From Candidatus Eiseniibacteriota bacterium (GTDB lineage: Bacteria; Eisenbacteria; RBG-16-71-46; CAVPCR01), in assembly GCA_963702435.1 (NCBI GenBank), contig CAVPCR010000001.1:64001-128000 (forward strand): a DNA stretch of 64,000 nt, given 5' to 3'. Each line of letters opens with the position of its first letter. The stretch's first letter is position 1. Shown here piece after piece: positions 19,444 to 28,278 of this stretch. Under the pieces are notes generated by a model. It searched no databases, had not been told where the DNA came from, and saw only the letters and a list, made by a program, of their open reading frames with translations. A program made the translations under genes and the position numbers.

Positions 19444-20343
19444 CTACCGGGTGGGACGGCGTCCCCCGCGGCCGGCGCCGTCGCGCGCGCCGCCGAGGCG
19501 GACGATCACGTTGTCGATCAGGCGGGCCCGCCCCAGCCGGGCGGCAACCGCGATCAGGACGTCTTGTGGAATGCGATCATGCGGAAGGAGATCGCGCAAG
19601 TCAACCAGGTCCACGTACTCGGGCCGGAGGAGCGGCGCGCGCCGGAGGCGGGCCTCGATGGCGCGCCGAACGGCGCGCGCCGAGCGCTCCCCCGCACCGA
19701 GCGCGGCCACCCCGGCGCGCAGCGCCGCGTAGATCGCCGGAGCCGCGGCCCGCTCCGCCGGGGTCAGGTACGCGTTCCGCGAGCTCATGGCGAGCCCGTC
19801 GGGCTCACGCACGGTCGGGCAGACGAGGAGCTCGACCGGCACATCCAGGTCCTCGATCATGCGCCCGACGAGGATCGCCTGCTGCGCGTCCTTCTGTCCG
19901 AGGAGGAGCACGTCGGGCTCGACGTGATGGAGGAGCTTGAGCACGACGGTCGCCACGCCCGCGAAGTGGCCGGGCCGGAAGGCACCGCACAGGCGGTCGG
20001 CAAGGCCGCGGACCTCGACGCTCGTGCGAAAGCCCGCCGGGTACATGGCGTCGGCCGTGGGGATGTAGACGAGATCGGCCCCGGCGCGCCGGGCGAGCGC
20101 GAGATCGCGGCGCTCGCGGCGCGGGTAGGCGCGGTAGTCCTCGCGCGGGCCGAACTGGAGCGGGTTGACGAAGATCGAGAGGACGACGCGGTCGCCGGCG
20201 CCCCGGGCGCGGCGGAGGAGCGACGCATGGCCGGCATGGAGAGCGCCCATGGTCGGGACGAAGGCGGTGCGGAGGCCCCGCGCGCGCAGGCGGCGCGACG
20301 CGGCGCGCATCGCCGCCGGATCCCGGATGATCTCGATCGCCAT
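19444..20343 (-). CDS. panC: pantoate--beta-alanine ligase
   Basis: FVPTMGALHAGH, SIFVNPLQF, RPGHFAGV, GQKDAQQ, REPDGLAMSSRN, RLIDN. Confidence 0.98.
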   Translation of the reverse strand: MAIEIIRDPAAMRAASRRLRARGLRTAFVPTMGALHAGHASLLRRARGAGDRVVLSIFVNPLQFGPREDYRAYPRRERRDLALARRAGADLVYIPTADAMYPAGFRTSVEVRGLADRLCGAFRPGHFAGVATVVLKLLHHVEPDVLLLGQKDAQQAILVGRMIEDLDVPVELLVCPTVREPDGLAMSSRNAYLTPAERAAAPAIYAALRAGVAALGAGERSARAVRRAIEARLRRAPLLRPEYVDLVDLRDLLPHDRIPQDVLIAVAARLGRARLIDNVIVRLGGARDGAGRGGRRPTR

Positions 20344-20395
20344 GGTCGCTTCGTTCTTTCGCGTGACGCGTCCTGCCGTGTCAGTCGTAGGCGTG

Positions 20396-21265
20396 TCAGT
20401 CGTAACAGTGCGCCGGAGCGGGGTAGGCGCCGCTACGCACCTCGGCCGCGAAACCGGCGACCGCCGCCTCGAGGGCCTTCCCGACCTCGCCGTAGCGCTT
20501 GACGAAGCGCGGCAGCGGTTCCGCGGTCAGGCCGGCGAGATCGTGCAGCACGAGGACCTGGCCGTCGGTTCCCGGCCCGGCGCCGATGCCGATCGTGGGC
20601 ACCGGGACCGCGGCGGTGATCCTCCTCCCGAGCTCCTGCGGAATCCCTTCGAGCACGATGAGAAGGACGCCCGCCTCGACCAGCGCCTCGGCATCGGCGA
20701 GGAGCGCTGCGGCGGCCGCCTCGCCCCGCCCCTGCACGCGGTAGCCCCCGAAATGGAGGATCGATTGCGGGGTCAGGCCGAGGTGCCCGATGACCGGGAT
20801 GGACGCCCGCGTGATGGCGGCGACGACCGGCGCCATCGTCCGGCCGCCCTCGAGCTTGACGCAATCGGCCCCCCCCTCGGCGACGAGCCGTCCTGCGTTC
20901 TCGACCGCGCGCTCCGGGCTCACCTGGAAGGAGAGAAAGGGCATGTCGGCAGCGAGGAGCGACCGCGGGCGCGCGCGCGCGGCGGCCGCCGTGTGCCGCA
21001 CCATGTCGTCCATGGTGACGCGGAGGGTCGATTCGTAGCCGAGGACGACCATGCCGAGCGAGTCGCCGACGAGGATCACGTCGACCCCCGCCCGATCCAC
21101 GATCCGCGCGGTCGGCGTGTCGTACGCCGTGACCATCACGATCGGCTCGCGGCCCTTCTTCTTCGCGAGATCCTCGATCGTCACGCGCCGCGGCGGCGCC
21201 GCCGGCTTCGCGCCGGCACCGGAGGCCTCAGATGCGTCCGCCCGGCGAGTAGTAGGCGATTCCAT
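20396..21265 (-). CDS. panB: 3-methyl-2-oxobutanoate hydroxymethyltransferase
   Basis: MVTAYD, ILVGDSLGMV, ADMPF, VKLEGG, GHLGLTPQS, TIGIGAG..TDGQVLV. Confidence 0.98.
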   Translation of the reverse strand: MESPTTRRADASEASGAGAKPAAPPRRVTIEDLAKKKGREPIVMVTAYDTPTARIVDRAGVDVILVGDSLGMVVLGYESTLRVTMDDMVRHTAAAARARPRSLLAADMPFLSFQVSPERAVENAGRLVAEGGADCVKLEGGRTMAPVVAAITRASIPVIGHLGLTPQSILHFGGYRVQGRGEAAAAALLADAEALVEAGVLLIVLEGIPQELGRRITAAVPVPTIGIGAGPGTDGQVLVLHDLAGLTAEPLPRFVKRYGEVGKALEAAVAGFAAEVRSGAYPAPAHCYD

Positions 21266-21905
21266 GGCGGTGCCTCTCGATCTCCCGGATCAGGTCCTCG
21301 AGGTCGTCGGCGCGCGCATCGAAATCGACGCGCGAGGAGTTCACGATGAGAACCGGAGCCAGGTCGTAATGGAAGAAGAAGTGATTGTAGGCGTCGTTCA
21401 GCTGGCGGATGTACTCGCGGTCGATCCGGCGCTCGAAGGGCCGGCCGCGTTCGCGAATGCGCTCGAGCAGGGTCTCGACCGTGTGCTGGAGATAGACCAC
21501 CTTGTCCGGCACCGGGACTTCGCGCTCGAGGATGTTGGCGATGCGGTCATACATCGCGAGCTCGTGATCGGAGAGGGTCAAGTTGGCGAAGATGCGGTCC
21601 TTCTGGAAGACGTAGTCCGCGATCACCACCTCGCGGAAGAGGTCGGGCTGCTTCAACTCCATCTGCTGGGCGTGGCGGGAGAGGAGGAAGAAGAGCTGCG
21701 TCTGGAACGCGAAGCGATTTCGATCCCGATAGAATGACTTGAGGAAGGGGTTCTCCTCGACCGCCTCGAGCACGGGCTCGACGCCGTAGCGCTCGGCGAG
21801 CCGTCCCGCGAGCGTGGTCTTCCCCGCCCCGATCACGCCCTCGACCGCGATGTGACCGCGCAGTCGCGGCGCGACGTCCTTGTCGGCGACCTTGTCGGCT
21901 GCCAC
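21228..21905 (-). CDS. deoxynucleoside kinase
   Basis: IAVEGVIGAGKTTL, ENPFLKSFY, AFQTQLFFLLSR, RIRERGRPFE. Confidence 0.93.
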   Translation of the reverse strand: MAADKVADKDVAPRLRGHIAVEGVIGAGKTTLAGRLAERYGVEPVLEAVEENPFLKSFYRDRNRFAFQTQLFFLLSRHAQQMELKQPDLFREVVIADYVFQKDRIFANLTLSDHELAMYDRIANILEREVPVPDKVVYLQHTVETLLERIRERGRPFERRIDREYIRQLNDAYNHFFFHYDLAPVLIVNSSRVDFDARADDLEDLIREIERHRHGIAYYSPGGRI

Positions 21906-21919
21906 CGCGCTCGAGGTCC

Positions 21920-22417
21920 CTAGATCGACAGCCGCCCGCGCCGGCGCACGCCGTTGTCGGCGGGCAAGCGGTCGCGGAGCTCCGCCATGGTGAGGCCGAG
22001 CACGGGATGCTCGAGATCCGCCGCCAGCTCGGCCAGGGGCACGAGAACGAACGCCCGCTCGTGGAGGAGCGAGTGGGGCACGGTGAGGCCCGGCTCGTCG
22101 ATGACCTCGTCACCGTAGATGAGGATGTCCAGATCGAGCGGTCGCGGCCCCCAGCGCTGGGAGCGGACGCGCCCGAGTCGGCGCTCGATCAAGAGGAGAT
22201 TCCAGAGGAGGACGTCGGGTTCGAGCGCGGTTTCGATCATGACGACCGCATTGAGGAAGCGTGGCTGATCCACCTCCCCCACCGGCTCGGTGTCGTAGAT
22301 GGAGGAGATCCGCACGACCTGGGTCTCGGTGAGCTGATCGAGCTCATCGAGCCCCCGCCGGAGCATCTCCACCCGGTCGCCCAGGTTGGAGCCCATGGAG
22401 ATGTAGACCGCTGTCAC
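21920..22417 (-). CDS. folK: 2-amino-4-hydroxy-6-hydroxymethyldihydropteridine diphosphokinase
   Basis: YISMGSNLGDR, SSIYDTEP, FLNAV, RWGPRPLDLDIL, ERAFVLVPL. Confidence 0.97.
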   Translation of the reverse strand: MTAVYISMGSNLGDRVEMLRRGLDELDQLTETQVVRISSIYDTEPVGEVDQPRFLNAVVMIETALEPDVLLWNLLLIERRLGRVRSQRWGPRPLDLDILIYGDEVIDEPGLTVPHSLLHERAFVLVPLAELAADLEHPVLGLTMAELRDRLPADNGVRRRGRLSI

Positions 22418-22947
22418 CTTGCCGTGCCTCGACGTTGTTGCTTCGCTGGTTGGCCGGCCGCTCGGGTGGCCGCGGGGCCGGCCTTTCCGCCGGCCGCTCG
22501 GGCCGCCGCGGGGCCGGCCTTTCCGCTGGCCTCCGGTAGCCTCCCGGTCCGGCGCGCCCCGGAGCGCCGCGCCACCCGGCCGGGTCCACCCTGGGCCGCA
22601 GCTTCCCTGGTCAGCTCCACCTCGACGCGCCCGCCTGAAAGCGGCAGGTTCGTCTTCCTAATGCGCACCGTGGCGCGGCGGGCACCGAACCGGGCGAGAA
22701 GCCGATCGGCGACCGTCGCGGCCAGGGACTCGAGGAGCTTGAAGCGGTCATCGCGGACGACCGCTCGCACCTCCTCGTGAATATCCATGTAGTTTACCGT
22801 GTCTCGGACCTGGTCGGAAGCGGCTGCCGGGGCCAGGTCCAGGTCGAGCTCCACGTCCAGCTCGAGGAGGGTCCCGGCCTCCCGCTCGGCCCGGCTCACC
22901 CCGTGGTGGCCGAAGAAGGGGACGTTCAGGAGACGGATGGCGCCCAC
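22414..22947 (-). CDS. folB: dihydroneopterin aldolase with a low-complexity C-terminal extension
   Basis: GTG start, IRLLNVPFFGHHGV..AERE.G, SDQVRDTVNY, FKLLESLA, VRIRK. Confidence 0.9.
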   Translation of the reverse strand: MGAIRLLNVPFFGHHGVSRAEREAGTLLELDVELDLDLAPAAASDQVRDTVNYMDIHEEVRAVVRDDRFKLLESLAATVADRLLARFGARRATVRIRKTNLPLSGGRVEVELTREAAAQGGPGRVARRSGARRTGRLPEASGKAGPAAARAAGGKAGPAATRAAGQPAKQQRRGTAR

Positions 22948-24107
22948 AGCCCGGACTCCTTGAGCCGCGTCACCGCCAGGCGGACCTGGTCGACGCCGGC
23001 GCAGAGGGCGAGGCGGAACCACCCCTCCCCGTTCGGCCCGAACCCGACCCCCGGCGTGACAACGACACCGGTCGCATCGAGGACGCGGCTCGCGAACTCG
23101 ATCGAGCGCATGTCGCCGGGCACGCGCGCCCACACGTAGAAGGTGCCGCCGGGCGGGAAGACTTCGATGCCGAGCTCGCGCAGCCCCGCAATCGCCACCT
23201 GCCGCCGTTCCGCGTAGACGCGGCGGAGCTCCGGCAGATGCTCCTCGATCAGGGCGAAGCCGCCCGCAGCGGCCATCTGGATCGCGCCCGGCGAGCCCGA
23301 GTCGAGGTTCGACTTGAGGGCGACGAGCGCCTTGATCGCGGTCGCGTTTCCGGCCGCCCATCCCATGCGCCAGCCGGTCATGTTGAAGGTCTTCGAGAAG
23401 GAGCCGATCTCGATCGTTACGTCCTTGGCGCCGTCGATCTCGAGAATCGAAGGCGCCGGCTCGTCGGCCATCTCGAGATAGGCCGAGTCGGCGGCGATGA
23501 GCACGTGATGCTGATGCGCGAGCTCGACCAGGCGGGCGTAGAAGTCGCGCGTGGCGACCGCGCCGGTCGGGTTGTTGGGATAGTTGACGAAGACGAGTCG
23601 CGCCTGGCTGAAACCGCCGGCCTCGAGCGCGGCGAGGTCGGGCAGGAATCCGAGCTCCGGCTTGAGCGGCATGAAGCGCGGCGCGCCGCCCGCGAACACG
23701 GTGCCCGAGAGGTAGACCGGGTAGCCCGGATCGGGGATCCACACCTCCTCGCCCGGGTTGACGAGCGCGAGCGGCAGGTGCCCGATGCCCTCCTTCGAAC
23801 CGATGAGGTTCGTGATCTCGGTGTCGGGATTGAGCGTGACCCCGTGCCGGCGCCTGTACCAGGCCGCGATCTCCTCGCGGAAGGCGCGAAGCCCCTGCGT
23901 GGGCGGATAGCGGTGGTGGGCGGGATCGCGGGCCTCGGCGGCGATGCGCTCGAGGATCGGGTCGGGGGTGGGGAGGTCGGGGTCGCCGACTCCCAGGTCG
24001 ATCACGTCGAGGCCCTTGGCGCGCCGCTTCTCCTTCTTCCGGTCGATCTCGGCGAAGAGATACGGCGGCAATTGGGCCAGACGATCGGCGGGCTTAAAGT
24101 CAAGCAT
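22926..24107 (-). CDS. dapL: LL-diaminopimelate aminotransferase-type PLP aminotransferase (class I/II)
   Basis: LPPYLFAEID, IDLGVGDPDLPTP, LIGSKEGIGH, NYPNNPTGA, SFSKTFNMTGWRMG, KSNLDSG. Confidence 0.8.
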   Translation of the reverse strand: MLDFKPADRLAQLPPYLFAEIDRKKEKRRAKGLDVIDLGVGDPDLPTPDPILERIAAEARDPAHHRYPPTQGLRAFREEIAAWYRRRHGVTLNPDTEITNLIGSKEGIGHLPLALVNPGEEVWIPDPGYPVYLSGTVFAGGAPRFMPLKPELGFLPDLAALEAGGFSQARLVFVNYPNNPTGAVATRDFYARLVELAHQHHVLIAADSAYLEMADEPAPSILEIDGAKDVTIEIGSFSKTFNMTGWRMGWAAGNATAIKALVALKSNLDSGSPGAIQMAAAGGFALIEEHLPELRRVYAERRQVAIAGLRELGIEVFPPGGTFYVWARVPGDMRSIEFASRVLDATGVVVTPGVGFGPNGEGWFRLALCAGVDQVRLAVTRLKESGLWAPSVS

Positions 24108-24113
24108 GGTGGG

Positions 24114-24142
24114 AAGTTAGTGGAGGCTACTGAGATTGTCAA
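24114..24142 (-). promoter_or_regulatory. sigma70 promoter predicting a leaderless dapL transcript
   Basis: TTGACA-N17-TAACTT, then 6 nt, then ATG. No SD. Confidence 0.7.
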
Positions 24143-24305
24143 GAATCGGCTGCGACGCGCCGGCAGCGGAGATACGGCGGCGACACCGGGGTTTGATTCC
24201 CCGGACCGCTATCCCCTACCATCCGGGCGCGGCGGCATCGAGTCCCGCCGCCCCTGAAACCACCCGCGCCGTTCCACGGAGTGTCCCGACGGAGTGTCCC
24301 GACCC

Positions 24306-25175
24306 ATGACCATCGAATCGTTTCTCGAGACCGCCTGGAGCGACCACGGCGACAAGCCGGAAGAAGTCGCGGATCGGCTCGCCGGCGCGCTGCACCTCGT
24401 GCAAGCACCCGAGCACATCCCGCTCTTCGTGCGCCTGGCGACGCACGTCTATGGCGAGCACCTCGGCCAGTGGCAGCGCGGCATCGCGCTGCTCGAATCC
24501 CTCGGCGCCATCCCCGCCTTCGACGGGAGCGAGACCGTCCGCGGACCCCTCCGCCGCAGCATTGCGGCCTTGCGCTATGCCGGCGGGGACGGTGCCGCCC
24601 TGGAGTCGCTGTCGTCCGAGGATCGCGCTTCCGTCCTGGCCACGGCGGCGGCCGCGTTCACGGGCCGCAATGAGCTGAAGCCGGCGATCGCCGCTTACTC
24701 CGCTGCCTTGGAGCTCGCGAAGGAGGGTCTGCCTGCGGGCTCGCCGGCCACCCGCGCGCTCGCGATCGCGGGCAACAATCTCGCGGCGGTCCTCGAGGAG
24801 AAGAAGGACCGGGATGGCGTCGAAACGCAGGGGATGATCGCCGCTGCTCGGGGCGGACTACAGTACTGGAAGCTTGCCGGCACGTGGCTCGAGGAGGAGC
24901 GGGCCGAGTACCGGCTCGCGCGGAGCCTCATCCAGGCCGGCCAGGCGGAAGCTGCGAAGCAGAGCGCAGAGCGGTGCATCGACGTCTGCAAGCGGAACAA
25001 CGCGCCGGCCTTCGAGCAGTTCTTTGGCTACGCCGTGCTCGCCCTGGCCCAGCGCGCTTCCGGACAGACGAGCGCGTTCGAGGAGTCGAAGCGAGTGGCA
25101 CGAAGCCTCTTCGATCAGGTCCCGCAGGAAGAGCGGTCGTGGTGCGAGGCAGAGCTCAAGGAGCTCGAGGCCTGA
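24306..25175 (+). CDS. hypothetical all-helical (TPR-like) protein
   Basis: Ala/Leu/Glu-rich helical pattern (AIAGNNLAAVLE, AEYRLARSLIQAGQAEAA). No catalytic motif recognised. Confidence 0.75.
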   Translation: MTIESFLETAWSDHGDKPEEVADRLAGALHLVQAPEHIPLFVRLATHVYGEHLGQWQRGIALLESLGAIPAFDGSETVRGPLRRSIAALRYAGGDGAALESLSSEDRASVLATAAAAFTGRNELKPAIAAYSAALELAKEGLPAGSPATRALAIAGNNLAAVLEEKKDRDGVETQGMIAAARGGLQYWKLAGTWLEEERAEYRLARSLIQAGQAEAAKQSAERCIDVCKRNNAPAFEQFFGYAVLALAQRASGQTSAFEESKRVARSLFDQVPQEERSWCEAELKELEA

Positions 25176-25512
25176 CGACAGGGGACGCATGGCGATGTGG
25201 CGCACGGCGCCCAGGGTCCCGGCATCCCGGCGCATCCGCGTGGCCGACCAACGAAAGGCGGCGAGGGCGCGCGGGTGTCGCCGCCACGGCGATGGTTCGC
25301 GTCGTTGACGAAAGTGACAACGGCGTGCGCAGTCATCCCGGCAGCGGAGCACCGGCGCTCCGGAGCATCTCGCCGCTCCAGACCGGCCATCACACTGCAG
25401 GTATTGGTCTTGAGTGGACAGCCCGACCGTGCGTCGGGTCGGCTGCTCCATGGGTCTCGCGCGGCATGCATCGTGCTTTCTGTGGAACGGGACCCGGCGC
25501 TTGGCCGCGAAG

Positions 25513-25670
25513 GTGGCGCGGCAGCCGGGCCAGGGAGTTCACAAGACCCGACAGCGTTTGACGCGGGGGTGGCGCGGCCGGGGCGGAGAGTTCACAAGAC
25601 CCGACAGCGTTTGACGCGGGGGGGGCCGGCCGGGGCGAGGAGTTCACAAGACCCGACAGCATTTGACGCG
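25513..25670 (+). repeat. 52-53 bp tandem repeat array, left block (3 copies)
   Basis: 31-bp core GAGTTCACAAGACCCGACAGCGTTTGACGCG at 25535, 25588 and 25640 (third copy has one mismatch), with G-rich linkers. Confidence 0.95.
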
Positions 25671-25712
25671 AAGTCAGGAGGCTCGTGACCCGACCCGAAA
25701 CTAGAGGTGGCA

Positions 25713-26387
25713 ATGAAGATCGCTGAAATCTGGCGATATCCGGTCAAGACGATGGCTGGAGAGAAACTAGAACGGGCAGCCGTAGGGTCCCTCGGTATCG
25801 AAGGTGATCGGGTCGTACATGTCGAGGACGCCAAGGGCAGGGTGATCACCTCCCGTTCGCATCCGCGCTTTCTGGGCCGTAAGGGCTCGCTGAGCCCGCA
25901 TGGCGAGATCATGGTCGACGGTCGGCCCTGGGACAGTCCGGAGGTCGCCGCCGAGGTCATAGATATTGTCGGCCCGGGCGCAAGGCTTGTGCGCTACGAC
26001 GGCGCCGAGCGCTTCGACGTGTTGCCGCTGCTGGTGGCCACCGATGGCGCGATCGCCGCCTTTGGCCATGACCGACGCCGCTTGCGGCCAAACATCGTGG
26101 TTGGCGGCGTCGAGGGCCTGACCGAGAGAGAGTGGCCGGGCGCGTGCCTGCGAATTGGCAAAGTCCTCATCGGTGTCCAGGATCTGCGTCTGCGCTGCAT
26201 CATGACTTCGTACGACCCCGACACCCAAGTCCAGGACAAGGAAATCACGCGAGGCATCTACCAGCGGTTCGACGGTAAGCTTGCGCTCAACTGCTTCGTG
26301 ATCGAAGGCGGCGAGATCACCCTTGGCGACGAGGTCCAACTGGTGCGGGGGCGTTCTTGCGCTGAACCCGCGGCGTTCATCGAGTAG
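25713..26387 (+). CDS. MOSC domain protein (MOSC_N plus MOSC)
   Basis: IAEIWRYPVKTMAGE, GIEGDR, RRLRPNIVV, EREW, RCIMTSYDP, VIEGGEITLGD. Confidence 0.92.
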   Translation: MKIAEIWRYPVKTMAGEKLERAAVGSLGIEGDRVVHVEDAKGRVITSRSHPRFLGRKGSLSPHGEIMVDGRPWDSPEVAAEVIDIVGPGARLVRYDGAERFDVLPLLVATDGAIAAFGHDRRRLRPNIVVGGVEGLTEREWPGACLRIGKVLIGVQDLRLRCIMTSYDPDTQVQDKEITRGIYQRFDGKLALNCFVIEGGEITLGDEVQLVRGRSCAEPAAFIE

Positions 26388-26430
26388 GCCAGTCGGTGTC
26401 GCCGATGCTCAGGCGCGGCTGACGCCGAAC

Positions 26431-26537
26431 GGGTGGCGCGGCCGGGCGAGGAGTTCACAAGACCCGACAGCGTTTGACGCGGGGGTGGCGCGGCCGGGCG
26501 AGGAGTTCACAAGACCCGACAGCGTTTGACGCGGGGG
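26431..26537 (+). repeat. 52-bp tandem repeat array, right block (2 copies)
   Basis: The same 31-bp core at 26451 and 26503, each preceded by GGGTGGCGCGGCCGGGCGAG. Confidence 0.95.
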
Positions 26538-26554
26538 CGCGGTCACCCTGCCGC

Positions 26555-27283
26555 TCAGGTGTGCTGCCGCCGCGCCTTCGGCGCATCGTCGTCGGCCCGA
26601 GCCGCGGCGATGGCTGCGATCGGCCCTGGAGCCAGGGGAGCGAGCGCCGCAGCGGCCGCGACCAGGGTGGCGCCGGTCGTGACCACATCGTCCACCAGGA
26701 GGACGGGCCGCGCTTGAGCCCCCGCGCATCGCGCGCGCCCCCGGGGCGCAGCGAGCGCGAAGGCGCCGGCCACATTCGCAGCGCGCTCCGAGCGCCCGAG
26801 CGCGGTCTGCGAGCGCGTGGCGCGACGGCGGACGAGGACCGGGGCAATCTGCAGGGCCGGCGCCGCCGCGGCGATCGCCTGAGCGAGCAGCATGCTCTGA
26901 TTGTATCCGCGCGCGCACTCGCGCCGGGGATGGAGCGGAATCGGCACGAGGAGCGGGGGATCCGCCAGCGGCTCGCCGATCAGCAGTCCGCCGGCGGTCA
27001 TCCGCTGCGCGAGGAAGCGCGCCACATCGCGCCGGCCATGATACTTGAGCGCATGCGCGAGAGCGCGCGCGGGCCCCGCGTGCGCGAAGAGCGCGCGCAC
27101 GCGGAGATCGGCGACCAGAAGCGGCGCCGGCGGCGCCCCTAGCCCATCCGTGCACGCAGCGCACAGCGGCTCGCCAGGGACCGGGGGATTGCCGCAGGCA
27201 ACGCAGGCGCGCGGCACGAGCAGATCAAAGAGAGTGGCCGCCCCGCCGCGGAGCGCAGCGAACGCGACGATTCGCGGGCTCAT
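26555..27283 (-). CDS. comF: ComF-family protein (zinc ribbon plus phosphoribosyltransferase)
   Basis: CVACG..LCAAC, LKYHG, VPIPLHPRR..RGYNQS, VLLVDDVVTTGATL. Confidence 0.9.
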   Translation of the reverse strand: MSPRIVAFAALRGGAATLFDLLVPRACVACGNPPVPGEPLCAACTDGLGAPPAPLLVADLRVRALFAHAGPARALAHALKYHGRRDVARFLAQRMTAGGLLIGEPLADPPLLVPIPLHPRRECARGYNQSMLLAQAIAAAAPALQIAPVLVRRRATRSQTALGRSERAANVAGAFALAAPRGRARCAGAQARPVLLVDDVVTTGATLVAAAAALAPLAPGPIAAIAAARADDDAPKARRQHT

Positions 27284-27354
27284 GTCCGAGCGGCGGAGCA
27301 AAAGCCACGCCAGAGAGCCACGCCGGAGAGCCCGGCCGCAGCCCCTCCCGCGAC

Positions 27355-28275
27355 CTACTCCGCGGCGAGCTCCGTGTACCCCACCGCCCGCGCCATGGCC
27401 GCAAACGGCGCCGTGACACCCGTCCACAGGGTGAAGCTCGCCGCTCCCTGATGGACGAGCATCCCGAGTCCATTCCACGCGGTGAGCCCTTGCCCGCGCA
27501 CGGCGCGGAGGAGGAGGGTCTCGGCGGGGCGATAGGCGACATCGGCGACCCGGGCGGCGAGCGGGAGGCGCGCCGGCTCGAACCCGGCGACCACGAGATC
27601 CGCCGAGGACGTCGCGTTCACGAAGAGGTCGGCCCGCTCGAGCTCCGCGGCGAGGCCCGGATCGCCGAGCGGCAGCGCGCACATGTCGCACGCCGGGCTC
27701 GCCGCAGCGAGGCGGGCCGCGGCGTCCTCGAGTCGGCCGCGCTCACGATTGGCGAGGACGACCCGCGCTCCCGCGCCGAGCAGCGCCCGCGCGATGAGCA
27801 CGCCGGCGCCGCCGGCCCCGGCGACCACGGCGCGGAGCCCCGGCGCCACGTGGAGCCCGTGATCGGCGCAGGAAGCGAGAAACCCGGCGCCGTCGGTCTC
27901 GTATCCCACCGCCTCGCCGCCGGTGAAGACGATCGTGTTGATGAGACCGAGCGCCGCCGCACTACCCTCGCGGCGATCGACGAGCCCCGCGGCCACCCCC
28001 TTGTACGGTGCGGTCACGTTGAGCCCGCGGAACCCGAGAGCGCGCGCGCCGCTCACCGCCGCCGCCACATGGTGCGGATCCACGTCGCAGGCCACGTACA
28101 CCCAGGCGAGGCCGGCGGCGGCGAAGCCCGCGTTCTGCATCGCCGGCGAGAGCGAGTGGGCGACCGGATGGCCGACGAGCCCGACGACCGCGGTGTCGCC
28201 GGCGATGGCCCGGCCCGCCGCTCCGGCGGCTCCGGCAACGCCGCCGGCCTGCGTGGTGCTCTCCTCCCCCGCCAA
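27355..28275 (-). CDS. aroE: shikimate dehydrogenase
   Basis: GHPVAHSLSPAMQN, GLNVTAPYK, INTI, TDGAGF, GAGGAG, VNATS, GLGMLVHQGA. Confidence 0.95.
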   Translation of the reverse strand: MAGEESTTQAGGVAGAAGAAGRAIAGDTAVVGLVGHPVAHSLSPAMQNAGFAAAGLAWVYVACDVDPHHVAAAVSGARALGFRGLNVTAPYKGVAAGLVDRREGSAAALGLINTIVFTGGEAVGYETDGAGFLASCADHGLHVAPGLRAVVAGAGGAGVLIARALLGAGARVVLANRERGRLEDAAARLAAASPACDMCALPLGDPGLAAELERADLFVNATSSADLVVAGFEPARLPLAARVADVAYRPAETLLLRAVRGQGLTAWNGLGMLVHQGAASFTLWTGVTAPFAAMARAVGYTELAAE

Positions 28276-28278
28276 CGG

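Noticed and set aside
25513..26537. CRISPR array interpretation of the 31-bp core repeats
   Set aside because: The linkers are only 21-22 nt and nearly identical to each other rather than unique spacers, and there are no cas genes in the window.
24200..26550. Integron or insertion sequence as the source of the islet
   Set aside because: No intI or transposase ORF, no attC-type RYYYAAC/GTTRRRY ends and no terminal inverted repeats were found.
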